Of a stretch of DNA of 64,000 nucleotides, positions 45,147-53,893 are shown one piece after another. The notes under the pieces were generated by a model that saw only the letters and a program-made list of their open reading frames with translations, had not been told where the DNA came from and made no database searches. The stretch spans positions 2,932 through 66,931 of the forward strand of contig JAYSYN010000244.1 of assembly GCA_043727575.1 (NCBI GenBank), given 5' to 3'. The translations under genes and the position numbers were made by a program. This DNA is from Fimbriiglobus sp. (GTDB taxonomy: Bacteria; Planctomycetota; Planctomycetia; Gemmatales; Gemmataceae). Within the stretch, counting starts at the first letter, position 1, and the number at the start of each line of letters is the position of its first letter.

Positions 45147-46574
45147 ATGATCGAATCGTTCGATTACGCACAGCTCGATCCCGAGGCGAAGAAGTACCTC
45201 GCCGACGTGCGCCGCGGCCGGGGTCGGGGCGCGCCGGGGATATTCGAAGAGGTCTCCGATAAACGACCACTTTGGGCCGGGCTCGTCGGTATTTGCGTAA
45301 TCCCACTCTTTCTTTGGATCGGGTACACGTCCAGCAAAGCCCCTTGGGCCATGGCCATGCTCCAGACCGCCGGCGTCTTGGTCGGCGGTTGGCTACTTTG
45401 GTTCGCCGTCCGGCGCAAGGTGGCGATTCCGGACAACTACGCCGGCTACTTTTTCTACTTCGATGCCGACCGCGCCTATATCGGCGAAGGCGAGACGCTC
45501 CGCATCGCGAACATCTTGCCATCGGCGAAGCTCGTCCCGCGGTCTCCGGACATCCACATCGTCACCGAACTCGATCGATTTGCGCTGCCGGTGCCGAATC
45601 AAGTCTTCGCCGAAAAGGTCGCCGACTTCTACCACGCGCTCACGTGGGTCCGCGACCGCGAAGACGGCCCGTTCGCCCACCTGGCGTCCGACGAAGCCGG
45701 GGCCGTCGCCCGGTACATGGCGTTCGAAGACGAAGCCCCCGCCAACCTCGCCGAAGCCGATTTGCGCATCGATTCGATGCCCGACCGCGCCCGCGCCGTC
45801 GGCCGGTCGAAAACCGGAATCCTCGGCCTGCTGATATGGACGGCCATCGGGGCCGCGGCGTTCGCCTTCTTCTTTGCCACCGACGGAATGATCCAAGACG
45901 ACATAGCCTTCGCCGCCGCCCGCGACAACCTCGGCAAGGAGAAAACCGAGAAATTCACCGGCGCCCACGGACTGCGCGATTACCTGCTGAACGAACGAAA
46001 CACCCGCAACCGCGACGAAGCCAAGGTGCTATTGGCCAAGCTTTACGACGAGCCGGTCGCGCAGGTGCAAAACAACCAGAACGCCGACCCCGAGCTGCGC
46101 GCGGGCATGGTTGCGCTACTCAATTCCCTGCGCGGTCCCGAGACTCCGGCCGTCTCCGTCTCGGTGACGATGTTGGGGCCGCAGGCCGTCACGGGCCTTT
46201 CCAACGGCCTCCGCTCGCGCTTCGCGGACGGCATCGCCACGGCCATCGGCAAAGACTTGATCGTCTTCGGGCAAGCGCCTGCGGACAAACCGGCGTTGAT
46301 CACGATTGTCTATTCGCCGACGCAAGAAGGGGCCGAGTGGACCGTCGAAATCCGGTTGAAGCCGGATGATACCGCGGTGTGGAAGGCGTCGGGTTCGGTC
46401 GGACTCGGTCTCCAAGGCTTTCAACCGACTCCGCAGAGCGGCTTCGGCCAAACGACCGATTTGCCCGCGTCGCAGACCGACGCCCTCGGCGAGGCCGTCT
46501 ACTATGCGGTGATGCTAAAACTGATCGGCCAAGTGCCGCCAAAACCGACGGTCGTGTTCAACGAGGATTGGTGA
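45147..46574 (+). CDS. hypothetical membrane protein (475 aa)
   Basis: Hydrophobic segments are LWAGLVGICVIPLFLWIGY, LQTAGVLVGGWLLWFAV and ILGLLIWTAIGAAAFAFFFA. The translation is coherent, and the gene lies 19 nt downstream of the YgiC-like gene. I recognise no family. Confidence 0.6.
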   Translation: MIESFDYAQLDPEAKKYLADVRRGRGRGAPGIFEEVSDKRPLWAGLVGICVIPLFLWIGYTSSKAPWAMAMLQTAGVLVGGWLLWFAVRRKVAIPDNYAGYFFYFDADRAYIGEGETLRIANILPSAKLVPRSPDIHIVTELDRFALPVPNQVFAEKVADFYHALTWVRDREDGPFAHLASDEAGAVARYMAFEDEAPANLAEADLRIDSMPDRARAVGRSKTGILGLLIWTAIGAAAFAFFFATDGMIQDDIAFAAARDNLGKEKTEKFTGAHGLRDYLLNERNTRNRDEAKVLLAKLYDEPVAQVQNNQNADPELRAGMVALLNSLRGPETPAVSVSVTMLGPQAVTGLSNGLRSRFADGIATAIGKDLIVFGQAPADKPALITIVYSPTQEGAEWTVEIRLKPDDTAVWKASGSVGLGLQGFQPTPQSGFGQTTDLPASQTDALGEAVYYAVMLKLIGQVPPKPTVVFNEDW

Positions 46575-46581
46575 AATCGAC

Positions 46582-47151
46582 TCACGCCATGATCCAGTCC
46601 ACAGACACATTCCAACCCGGTACTGCGGGCTCCGCATCGGCGAACTCTCCGGTCGCAAATGTGACGAACCGAGTCGGATCGGCGGCCGAATATTTCCGGA
46701 TCGTGCCGCTGTCCGGATCCACGTCCCAGACGACACGCGTGCCCGCTTCGAAGTAGTCCTCCCGCTTCGCGGCCATCTCCCGTTCTGCTGCTAGGCCGTA
46801 ATCCCCTTCGCTCCGGACTTCCACGGCGAAATCGGGCGGTGCCGCTACAAACTTCATCGGCTTCGCGGGCGCCGGGCCCGAATAGTACGAAGCATCCGGT
46901 GAAAAGGACTCCCGGCCCGATGACAATACCGGCACGGCGAAGCCCATCATATCGGTGAAGGCGAAACCGCGTCCGGGAACATCGCAATAGTCCGCCAGGC
47001 TGCGAAAAATTCGTCCCGCGACGATGTTCGGGCGGAATCCTGTTGCCATAGATTTCACGATTCTTCCACGGATCAATTCCGCTTTCTCGGGGATTCGGAG
47101 AAGATCGTCGATCGTGGTTTTGCGGACGGGAAGGGGAGTGGCGATGCTCAT
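46582..47151 (-). CDS. Uma2-family (DUF820) endonuclease
   Basis: TIDDLLRIPEKAELIRGRIV...PDASYY...PDFAVEVRSEGD...KREDYFEAGTRVVWDVDP matches the Uma2 PD-(D/E)xK-type pattern. I trimmed to MSIATPL. Confidence 0.8.
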   Translation of the reverse strand: MSIATPLPVRKTTIDDLLRIPEKAELIRGRIVKSMATGFRPNIVAGRIFRSLADYCDVPGRGFAFTDMMGFAVPVLSSGRESFSPDASYYSGPAPAKPMKFVAAPPDFAVEVRSEGDYGLAAEREMAAKREDYFEAGTRVVWDVDPDSGTIRKYSAADPTRFVTFATGEFADAEPAVPGWNVSVDWIMA

Positions 47152-47235
47152 GCGATATCTCCTTCTAACAGTTTGCATTGTACCGGTGATCGTCCCGCGA
47201 CTCAATTCCGCCTGCCCGACGGGTGTCCGTTTCTT

Positions 47236-48282
47236 TCAAGACTGCAAATTCGATGTCAACCGCTGCCGCAGTTCGTAGGCGGCTTTCTCCGGGGGGACGG
47301 CGTTCAAGAAACAACCGCTGCCCCATTCGAATCCGGCGGCGCGGGCCGTGCGCGGGATCACTTCCCAGTGCCAGTGGTAGTGCGGGTTCAACTTCGCCCG
47401 CAGCGGGCTCGTGTGCAGGTAGGCGTTGTACGCCGGCTCGTCGAGCACTCGGTCGAGGGCCGCGAGCAGATCGAGAAACAACAACGCCAGTTCTTTCAGC
47501 GCCGCGTCGCCGGTGATCTCGAAGTGGCTGGCGTGATACCGCGGCATCACCCAAAATTCGTAGGCGAAACGGGGGGCGAACGGACAGACCGCGATGAAGT
47601 GTTCGGTCTCGCAAACGACCCGCGACCGGGCCGTGCGCTCCTTGGCGATGAGGTCGCAGTAGACGCAATGCCCGCGATCGCCGTGGTACGTTTTCGCGAA
47701 ATCCCATTCCGACCGCACGGCGTCGGGCACCATCGGCAGCGCGATGATTTGCGCGTGCAAGTGGGCCAGCGACGCCCCGGCTTCCGCCCCGACGTTTTGG
47801 AAGACCTGCGCGTAGTGCCAGAGCGCATCCGCCGAAAAAGCCCGGATCCGTTCTCTATAGGCCACGAGGAGATCGGCGTATTGATCGGGAGATAGATTCG
47901 CCGGGTTCGGTTCGTGCTCGCGGCACGGGACGACCACTTCGTGCGCCCCGAATCCCGGGCGGGCTTCGAAAAACGGATCGAGCAGCGGAAGCGTCGAAGT
48001 CATTTCCGAGCGCAGCGCGGGGAACTTGTTCGGGATCACCCGCAATTGCCATCCGGGCGAATCCTTCGCCGAACCGTCGGGTCGCACGGCGTAGACTTCG
48101 TCGGCGGCCAGTTTTTCGTTCCCCTCGCAGAACGGGCAGACGGTACCGGGCTTCACGCGGTCGCGGTGGTGAGGCTCGGTGTGGGCCAGCATGATCGGCC
48201 GGCGGGCCCGCTCCGGCGCGAAGATGACCCAGCGTCCGGTCGCGGGGCAGCGGCGAAACTCGGGCAAAGGATCGTAGTTCAT
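47236..48282 (-). CDS. galT: galactose-1-phosphate uridylyltransferase (HIT superfamily)
   Basis: The Zn motif is CPFCEGNE, the catalytic motif is SLAHLHAQIIAL (HxHxQ), and CVYCDL is present. The 348-aa length is typical. Confidence 0.85.
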   Translation of the reverse strand: MNYDPLPEFRRCPATGRWVIFAPERARRPIMLAHTEPHHRDRVKPGTVCPFCEGNEKLAADEVYAVRPDGSAKDSPGWQLRVIPNKFPALRSEMTSTLPLLDPFFEARPGFGAHEVVVPCREHEPNPANLSPDQYADLLVAYRERIRAFSADALWHYAQVFQNVGAEAGASLAHLHAQIIALPMVPDAVRSEWDFAKTYHGDRGHCVYCDLIAKERTARSRVVCETEHFIAVCPFAPRFAYEFWVMPRYHASHFEITGDAALKELALLFLDLLAALDRVLDEPAYNAYLHTSPLRAKLNPHYHWHWEVIPRTARAAGFEWGSGCFLNAVPPEKAAYELRQRLTSNLQS

Positions 48283-48368
48283 AAGTCCGTTCCGAAGCGC
48301 TCACGGCAGCTGCTAAACGACCGACGCGGAGGGACAACCCTCCGCGCCAGTGTATCCGGTATTCGACT

Positions 48369-48608
48369 TCAGATCACCGGCATCGCCGCCAACCTCGCGG
48401 CCAATACTTCTTCGTCGGGGAACTCTCCCGTCTTCAACTTCGAGTGGATCAATTTGCCGTCCACCGTCAGTTCGAAGCAGCCGCCGCGCGACGGTACCAA
48501 TTGGAAATCGGTCACCCGTTTGCCGAGCGCGTCCATCAACGTGTCCCTCAGACCGAGGGCTTTGTTGTAGTAGCCTCAGGCCGTGCAGTACATCAACTCG
48601 ATCTTCAT
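48369..48608 (-). CDS. Rdx-family (SelW/SelT/SelH-like) selenoprotein, 79 aa, with in-frame UGA (Sec) at 48576-48578
   Basis: The reverse strand reads MKIELMYCTA-U-GYYNKALGLRDTLMDALGKRVTDFQLVPSRGGCFELTVDGKLIHSKLKTGEFPDEEVLAARLAAMPVI. The CxxU redox motif and the GG.FE..VDG.LI.SK...G.FP block are the Rdx signature. It is invisible in the ORF track because of the TGA. Confidence 0.8.
48545..48578 (-). promoter_or_regulatory. candidate bacterial SECIS hairpin following the UGA
   Basis: The RNA reads UGA-GGCUACUACAACAAAG-CCCUC-GGUCU-GAGGG. This is a 5-bp stem whose apical loop starts GG, 21 nt after the UGA. That falls within the spacing and loop rules I recall for bacterial SECIS, but the stem is short. 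Confidence 0.45.
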
Positions 48609-48689
48609 CGCCGAATCTCCGCGTGGGAATGGAACGGGCCCCGGCGAATCCGGGGCCCGAACAATTCTAGGCGGCGATCGATCCGGCCG

Positions 48690-49427
48690 TCACGCTTTCG
48701 GCGGGTCGGGCCGCTTCAAAAACGGTTCGAGGGTGTCGCTGGTGCAGACGATGACGTACGCGATGTCGGGTCGGGTCGGATGGGATTTCACGGTCACGCG
48801 GACCAGGCTCGCTTGGGCTTCCTTCAATTGGAGGAGTTTGAACCGCGACTCCTCCACGACGTACACCCGAGCGGTGTGGGTTTCGACCGTTCCGAATTCG
48901 TTCGTGAATCGGCCGTGGAACACGACCACCGGGGCGTCGCGGCCGGCCAGTTCGCCTTTGCCGTGGAAGGCGTAATAGCGGTAGTCGAAGTCGTAGGGCA
49001 AATCCCCGGGCAGATCTTGTTGCGTCAACCATTCGCGGACGGGCGCCTCGCGGAATTCCCAATCGCGCTCGGCGGCGATGGCGACGGCGTCGGTATCGAT
49101 CGTCGGGCGGTTCCGCAAGTACCCGCTGAACCCGACGCCGATGGCCAAAAGCAATCCGGCCGCGAGGGCCGACCATTGGTAGAGTTGCCGGCGGTGACGG
49201 GCTCCGCGGAGTGCGAACCCTTCGCGGAGTAATTTGGAATGCAAGCCGGCCGGGACCGGCACCGATTGCATCGCTTTGGCGAGGGCTCCATGGAAAGCGG
49301 CTTCGTCCGCCGAGATCGCGGCGCAGTGCGGACAAGAGGCGACGTGGCCGGCGAGTGAGGCGCGGTCGTCCGCGGCCAAGTCGGCGGCCGGAAATTCCAA
49401 AAGTATGCGGGCGAGATTGCAATTCAT
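48690..49427 (-). CDS. anti-sigma factor (zf-HC2) with one TM segment
   Basis: The N-terminal HVASCPHC is an Hx3Cx2C motif, and the TM is WSALAAGLLLAIGVGF. Its ATG overlaps the stop of the ECF sigma gene (ATGA at 49424-49427). Confidence 0.75.
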   Translation of the reverse strand: MNCNLARILLEFPAADLAADDRASLAGHVASCPHCAAISADEAAFHGALAKAMQSVPVPAGLHSKLLREGFALRGARHRRQLYQWSALAAGLLLAIGVGFSGYLRNRPTIDTDAVAIAAERDWEFREAPVREWLTQQDLPGDLPYDFDYRYYAFHGKGELAGRDAPVVVFHGRFTNEFGTVETHTARVYVVEESRFKLLQLKEAQASLVRVTVKSHPTRPDIAYVIVCTSDTLEPFLKRPDPPKA

Positions 49428-49972
49428 GGTGACTCCTCCGACTGACCGGGCGAGGCGACTTTCGGGACCGCTTCCGGATCGATTCCGGAAGAGAGCCGGC
49501 CCTTCAAGTAACCTTTGGCCCGCGCCAAACGCGACATCACGGTACCGATCGGCAAATCCATCTGTTCGGCGATGTCGCGGTAACTGAAATCTTCAAAATA
49601 GAACAAGATTAAAGGCGTCCGGAACGTTTCATCCAATTCGTCGAGCGCCGCTTGCAAAGCCGCCGCGTCGATCTCCGGCGGCGCATCGGGCGCGGCCGAA
49701 GCCAAATCGCCGATCGATTCGAGCGGTACCAACTTCTTCCGCCGCTCGTCCCGAATGCGGTGAAGGTACCCGTTCCGCAGAATCCGGAATAGCCAAGGTT
49801 TGGCCCGCTCCGGATTTCGCAACTGTCCGAGCCGCGCAATCGCCTTGCCGAAGGCATCCTGCGTCAAATCCTCGGCATCGGAGGAATTCCCCGCCAACCG
49901 ATAGGCGTAGCGGTAGAGCGCGTCGTAATGAGCATCGATCAGATCGCGCACGCCGAGTTGGGGCGCAGTCAT
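49424..49972 (-). CDS. ECF-type RNA polymerase sigma factor
   Basis: Region 2 is LYRYAYRLAGNSSDAEDLTQDAFGKA...PWLFRILRNGY. Region 4 is FRTPLILFYFEDFSYRDIAEQMDLPIGTVMSRLARAK. Confidence 0.88.
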   Translation of the reverse strand: MTAPQLGVRDLIDAHYDALYRYAYRLAGNSSDAEDLTQDAFGKAIARLGQLRNPERAKPWLFRILRNGYLHRIRDERRKKLVPLESIGDLASAAPDAPPEIDAAALQAALDELDETFRTPLILFYFEDFSYRDIAEQMDLPIGTVMSRLARAKGYLKGRLSSGIDPEAVPKVASPGQSEESP

Positions 49973-50046
49973 GCCGCGGAACTCCTTAGTAATGGGAACC
50001 CGGAGAGAGTGGTTTTATTCCCGACGAATGGAAATTGTTCGCGGGA

Positions 50047-52680
50047 TCACCGTCGCACCGTCGTCGCCGTGACGCCCTCCTCGGTTTTTTGCAGTCGGAT
50101 CACGACCGGGAAATGGTCGGTAAATTCTTCTTGGTGGCTGACGAGGATGATCCGCTTGAGGTGCCTTTTGAGGCGGTTGAGCTCTTCGGCGGCCGCGCGC
50201 AAGCCTTCTTTGTCGAGCGACCCGAATCCCTCGTCGATGATGACGCATTCGAGGGGACGGGTTTGGCCCGAGGCAAATTGGCCGATGCCGAGAGCGAGGG
50301 CGAGAGCCACGCGGAATTTTTCGCTGCCCGACAGAAAAGCCACCGGCGTCGGTTCCGAAGATTCGGCCCGCCGTACCAACAGGACGAGCGCTTCGCCATC
50401 TCGTCGGGGCTCGCGGCTGAGTTCCAACGCCAAGTCGCCTTCGCTGAGTTTGTGCAAAGTGTCGGTGGCGAAGCGGACGATTTCCACTTCGGCGATGCGG
50501 ACCAATTCGCGCAACAGGCCGGCGTTGCCCAGGAGTCCGTTCAAAGCCGTGTGAATTTTGAGTGCGAATTCCGCCGCCGAAATCTCGGCCACGAGCACGG
50601 CGAAGGCGCGGCCTCGCCGTTGGAGATCGGCCGAAATGTCCCGCGCCGTCTGCCAGTTCGCCTCGGCGTTCAGGGCCGCTTTCTTGGCCGCATCGTGGGC
50701 GAGTTCGGCGTCGCGGATCGGTCTCCGGGCCGCCGGGGGAATGGCGTCGATCCGCGCGGCGAGTTCGCGCGATTGAACTTGCCACTCTTCTCGGCGGGCA
50801 CCGTCCCGCTGGAGGTCTTCGAATACTTCGACGATCTTTCCGCGCAGAAGCCCGGCGAAGTCGATCTCCAGCGCCGCCAGTTCCGCTGTGGTCGTGCCGT
50901 GGCGTCCGACCGGGATCCGTTCGAGCAGCAGGGTCCGGCCGACCCGGTCGGCGTCGAAGCCCTTCTCGGCGGTGGTGAAGTCGCGGGCCGAGTTGCTCGC
51001 CCGAGCCGCGGCGAGGTCCGATTCGACCGCGATCTCGGCGATCCGCACGTCGATCATTGCCAATCCGGCCCGCGCCGCCTCCGCCGCGCGTTCGGACGCC
51101 GCGGTGGATTCCACGAGTCCGGCGATCCGATTTTTCAACAGGCCCGCATCCGAAGTGCCGCCGAAGGATTCGAGGTCGAGGCGTTTGCCCGCGAGCTCCC
51201 GGACGAGCCCGGCGCATTCGCGGGCCTCGCCTTCGAGTTTGGCGCGGCGCGCCCCGCTTTCCTCGGCCGAGGACTTGGCCGCGGACAACGCGCGTTCGCG
51301 TTCCGCCCCGAGCGCGCGCATGGTCGCCACACCGGCTTCGGCGGCCGCGCGTTCCTTCCGGGCGTGCTCCTCCGTAACTTCTTGCCCGCAGGCGGAGCAA
51401 TTCACCCCGATGGTGAGGTCGTCGAACTTGGCCCGCGCTTCCAGGCAGCGAGCCAAGTCGCGGTCGCACCCGTCTTTGTCGACTCGGGCTTGGGTGAACG
51501 CCTCCACCGCGACGGGGTCGGCGGCGACGGCCGTCGCGGTGTCCCCCTCGAGGTCCGCCGGGAATGCCGCGTGCCGAGCGGCGAGTGTCGCCACCGACTC
51601 CGCCATGATCAGAAACTTGGATTGCCCGTCGTGCGCCCGGCGCCCGGCCTCAGCTTCGCGTTCGTGGAGGCCGCAGTCCGACTGCAGCGCGAGTTTCCGC
51701 TCCGCCGCCGCGGTCGCTTCCGCGTGCGTGCGGGCCTTCTCCCCTTCGGCTCGCAAGGTCGCAATTCTCAATCGTTCCAAGGCCGGTTCCGCGTCGATCA
51801 ACGAGATCCGGAGTGGGACGAATGGGCGCAGGTCCGGCAAAATGCCCGCCAGTTCGGAGTACGCCGCGAAGTCGGCGCGGATGCGCCCCGCCTCGGCGGA
51901 ACGCGCCGTCGCTTCCGCGATCTTGCATTCCAACGCGATTCGCATCGGTTCTGCGGTCACCCACACTTCGGATTGGTTCAACCCCGCGGCGGCGGTATCG
52001 CGGGCCTCCGCCGCCTGCTCTTTCAAAAGGGCGGCCGAAACTTCGGCGGCTTCCGCATCGAGGAGTTGCCCCGCCGTGACCTCGGCCATCGCGTTCCGTT
52101 TGTCTTGGAGCGATTTCAGTTCGCCCTTTCGGGCCTTCCATTCTTCCGCGATCCGCGCGGACAATCCTTCGAAGCGCTCCAGGCCCAGCACGCTCTTGAG
52201 GATCGTCATGCGCTCTTTGCCCGTGGCGACGAGGATGGCCTCCGCTTCGCCTTGCCGGAGCAGCACGGACGCTTGGAACGACGCGAAGTTCAATCCGATC
52301 GTATCGACGACCCAGTTTTTCACGGCCGAGACGCTGTCGACGCCGTCCTCGCATTTCCATTGCCCGCCCGTCATCCGTTCGACCGATTGCTTCGGCCCCG
52401 TCGACGACCGTGTCCGGCTGATCCGGTAATCGGCCCCGCCGAATTCGAATTCGAAGCTCACGGCAAAGCGATCCCGCCCGTGGTGGATCAGCGAGTCGGC
52501 GTTGTCGGCCCCGCCGCGGTGCTGGGCGAACAGGCAGTAGGTCATGGCGTCGAACACGGCCGACTTGCCGATGCCGTTGGGTCCGCCGAGCACCCAGAGC
52601 GGCTCGTCGTCCGCGAACTCGATCACGGTTTTGTCGCTGAAACTCAGGAAATTCTCGACGGTCACGCGCTTGGGGATCAT
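50047..52680 (-). CDS. sbcC: SbcC/Rad50-family SMC-like ATPase (877 aa)
   Basis: The N-terminus is MIPKRVTVENFLSFSD and Walker A is GGPNGIGKSAVFDAM. There is a long Ala/Glu-rich coiled coil with a central CxxC zinc hook (VNCSACGQE). The signature motif is LSGSEKFRVALALAL and Walker B is LECVIIDEGFGSLD. I trimmed to Met57 of the track ORF, whose ATG overlaps the sbcD stop. Confidence 0.88.
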   Translation of the reverse strand: MIPKRVTVENFLSFSDKTVIEFADDEPLWVLGGPNGIGKSAVFDAMTYCLFAQHRGGADNADSLIHHGRDRFAVSFEFEFGGADYRISRTRSSTGPKQSVERMTGGQWKCEDGVDSVSAVKNWVVDTIGLNFASFQASVLLRQGEAEAILVATGKERMTILKSVLGLERFEGLSARIAEEWKARKGELKSLQDKRNAMAEVTAGQLLDAEAAEVSAALLKEQAAEARDTAAAGLNQSEVWVTAEPMRIALECKIAEATARSAEAGRIRADFAAYSELAGILPDLRPFVPLRISLIDAEPALERLRIATLRAEGEKARTHAEATAAAERKLALQSDCGLHEREAEAGRRAHDGQSKFLIMAESVATLAARHAAFPADLEGDTATAVAADPVAVEAFTQARVDKDGCDRDLARCLEARAKFDDLTIGVNCSACGQEVTEEHARKERAAAEAGVATMRALGAERERALSAAKSSAEESGARRAKLEGEARECAGLVRELAGKRLDLESFGGTSDAGLLKNRIAGLVESTAASERAAEAARAGLAMIDVRIAEIAVESDLAAARASNSARDFTTAEKGFDADRVGRTLLLERIPVGRHGTTTAELAALEIDFAGLLRGKIVEVFEDLQRDGARREEWQVQSRELAARIDAIPPAARRPIRDAELAHDAAKKAALNAEANWQTARDISADLQRRGRAFAVLVAEISAAEFALKIHTALNGLLGNAGLLRELVRIAEVEIVRFATDTLHKLSEGDLALELSREPRRDGEALVLLVRRAESSEPTPVAFLSGSEKFRVALALALGIGQFASGQTRPLECVIIDEGFGSLDKEGLRAAAEELNRLKRHLKRIILVSHQEEFTDHFPVVIRLQKTEEGVTATTVRR

Positions 52681-53885
52681 GCGGTCCTCGATTCGGTCAA
52701 GAAGGTTTCGGCGAGGGCGAGGACCGCGGCCGCATCGGCATCGCCGGCGAGCCGGTCGCTCAAAAACGTCCGCACCGTGGAATCGAATCCGGCCCGGGAG
52801 TCGTAGCGCTGCGCTGGGGCCGCGGCGGTCGATTCCTCTGCGCACCAACGGATCTCGTGATACCGCGGGAAGGTCCGCTTGAGTTGCCGGGTGATTTCGT
52901 CCCGACTGGCCCCTTCGCCCATTCCTTTGATGAAAATGCGGACGATCGCGGTCTCGCGATCGGGGTATTTTTCGGTCAGCGCGGCGATGTCGTCGAGCGT
53001 CGGGTCCGTCAGTTCCACCGTGTGGAACGGCGTCGGCGGAATCGGCAATCGCACCGGATCGACCGAGTTCGCCCCGAGGATTTCCAGCAGCAGCACGCCG
53101 TGCTCGTCGTGCGTCTCGCCGAAATCGAGACGGTCCAAACTACCGGAGTAGCGCACGTGTGCGGCGCCGCCAAGCATCTGTGGCAAGTGGATATGACCGA
53201 GGGCAACGTAGCTCCACATCGGGTTGAGGTCGCCGAATTGAAATTGGTGATCTTTCGATGCATCCCACTTGGAATACGGTGCGTGGGGGGAGTGGCCCAC
53301 AACGTGCAAATGGGCCATCAAGACGGTCGGCAGGGTGAGGTCGATCTCACCGGATTTTTTCTGGATCCAGTTGGCGATGATCGATTGGACTCGCGTGTTA
53401 GCCGCTTCGGGGGTCGGGAAGTCGGCCGCCGAGACATTGAATCGGCTGCCGAACGGGTAAGGCACCAAAACGAACTGCACGCGTTGTCCGCCGCGATCCG
53501 GCAGTACGACCACCGCAGGTCCATTGGCTAGGTAGAGTCGGCCGCCGGCGAGGTGTGCTCCCGACTTCACCGGCACGGCCAACTTCATGCCAGTCAAGAA
53601 TGCGTCGATGCGCACGTCGCGGTCGTGGTTTCCCGTGATCGCGAGGATCGTGCCGCCGCGTTCGAAGAATGGTAGGAACGCTTCGTGCAAGTGTCGGAAC
53701 GCCGCGGTCATTTTCGGCACCGAGGCTTGCTCGCTGAAGAGATCGCCCGCGATCAGCAGCAACTCGGCGTCGTGTTCGACGCAGAGCGCCGCGACCCGTT
53801 CGACGCGAGTTTCAAGGTCCTCCGTGCGGTCGTTGCGGCCCAGTTCGTCGCACAGGTGCCAGTCGGCCGTGTGGATGATCTTCAT
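52677..53885 (-). CDS. sbcD: SbcD/Mre11-family metallophosphoesterase nuclease
   Basis: MKIIHTADWHL, LLLIAGDLF, ILAITGNHD and MAHLHV are calcineurin-like phosphoesterase motifs in Mre11 order. GGAG lies in the 8-nt gap after herA. Confidence 0.9.
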   Translation of the reverse strand: MKIIHTADWHLCDELGRNDRTEDLETRVERVAALCVEHDAELLLIAGDLFSEQASVPKMTAAFRHLHEAFLPFFERGGTILAITGNHDRDVRIDAFLTGMKLAVPVKSGAHLAGGRLYLANGPAVVVLPDRGGQRVQFVLVPYPFGSRFNVSAADFPTPEAANTRVQSIIANWIQKKSGEIDLTLPTVLMAHLHVVGHSPHAPYSKWDASKDHQFQFGDLNPMWSYVALGHIHLPQMLGGAAHVRYSGSLDRLDFGETHDEHGVLLLEILGANSVDPVRLPIPPTPFHTVELTDPTLDDIAALTEKYPDRETAIVRIFIKGMGEGASRDEITRQLKRTFPRYHEIRWCAEESTAAAPAQRYDSRAGFDSTVRTFLSDRLAGDADAAAVLALAETFLTESRTA

Positions 53886-53893
53886 GGCGCTCC

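Noticed and set aside
48350-49232. Plus-strand ORFs 48350-48670 and 48444-49232
   Set aside because: They overlap the selenoprotein gene and the anti-sigma gene on the opposite strand. They have no motifs and an Arg/Pro/Ser-rich composition.
50035-52806. 923-aa plus-strand ORF, plus a 484-aa and a 513-aa ORF over sbcC
   Set aside because: They are antisense or alternate frames of the SbcC/Rad50 gene, whose own frame has Walker A, the zinc hook, the signature motif and Walker B.
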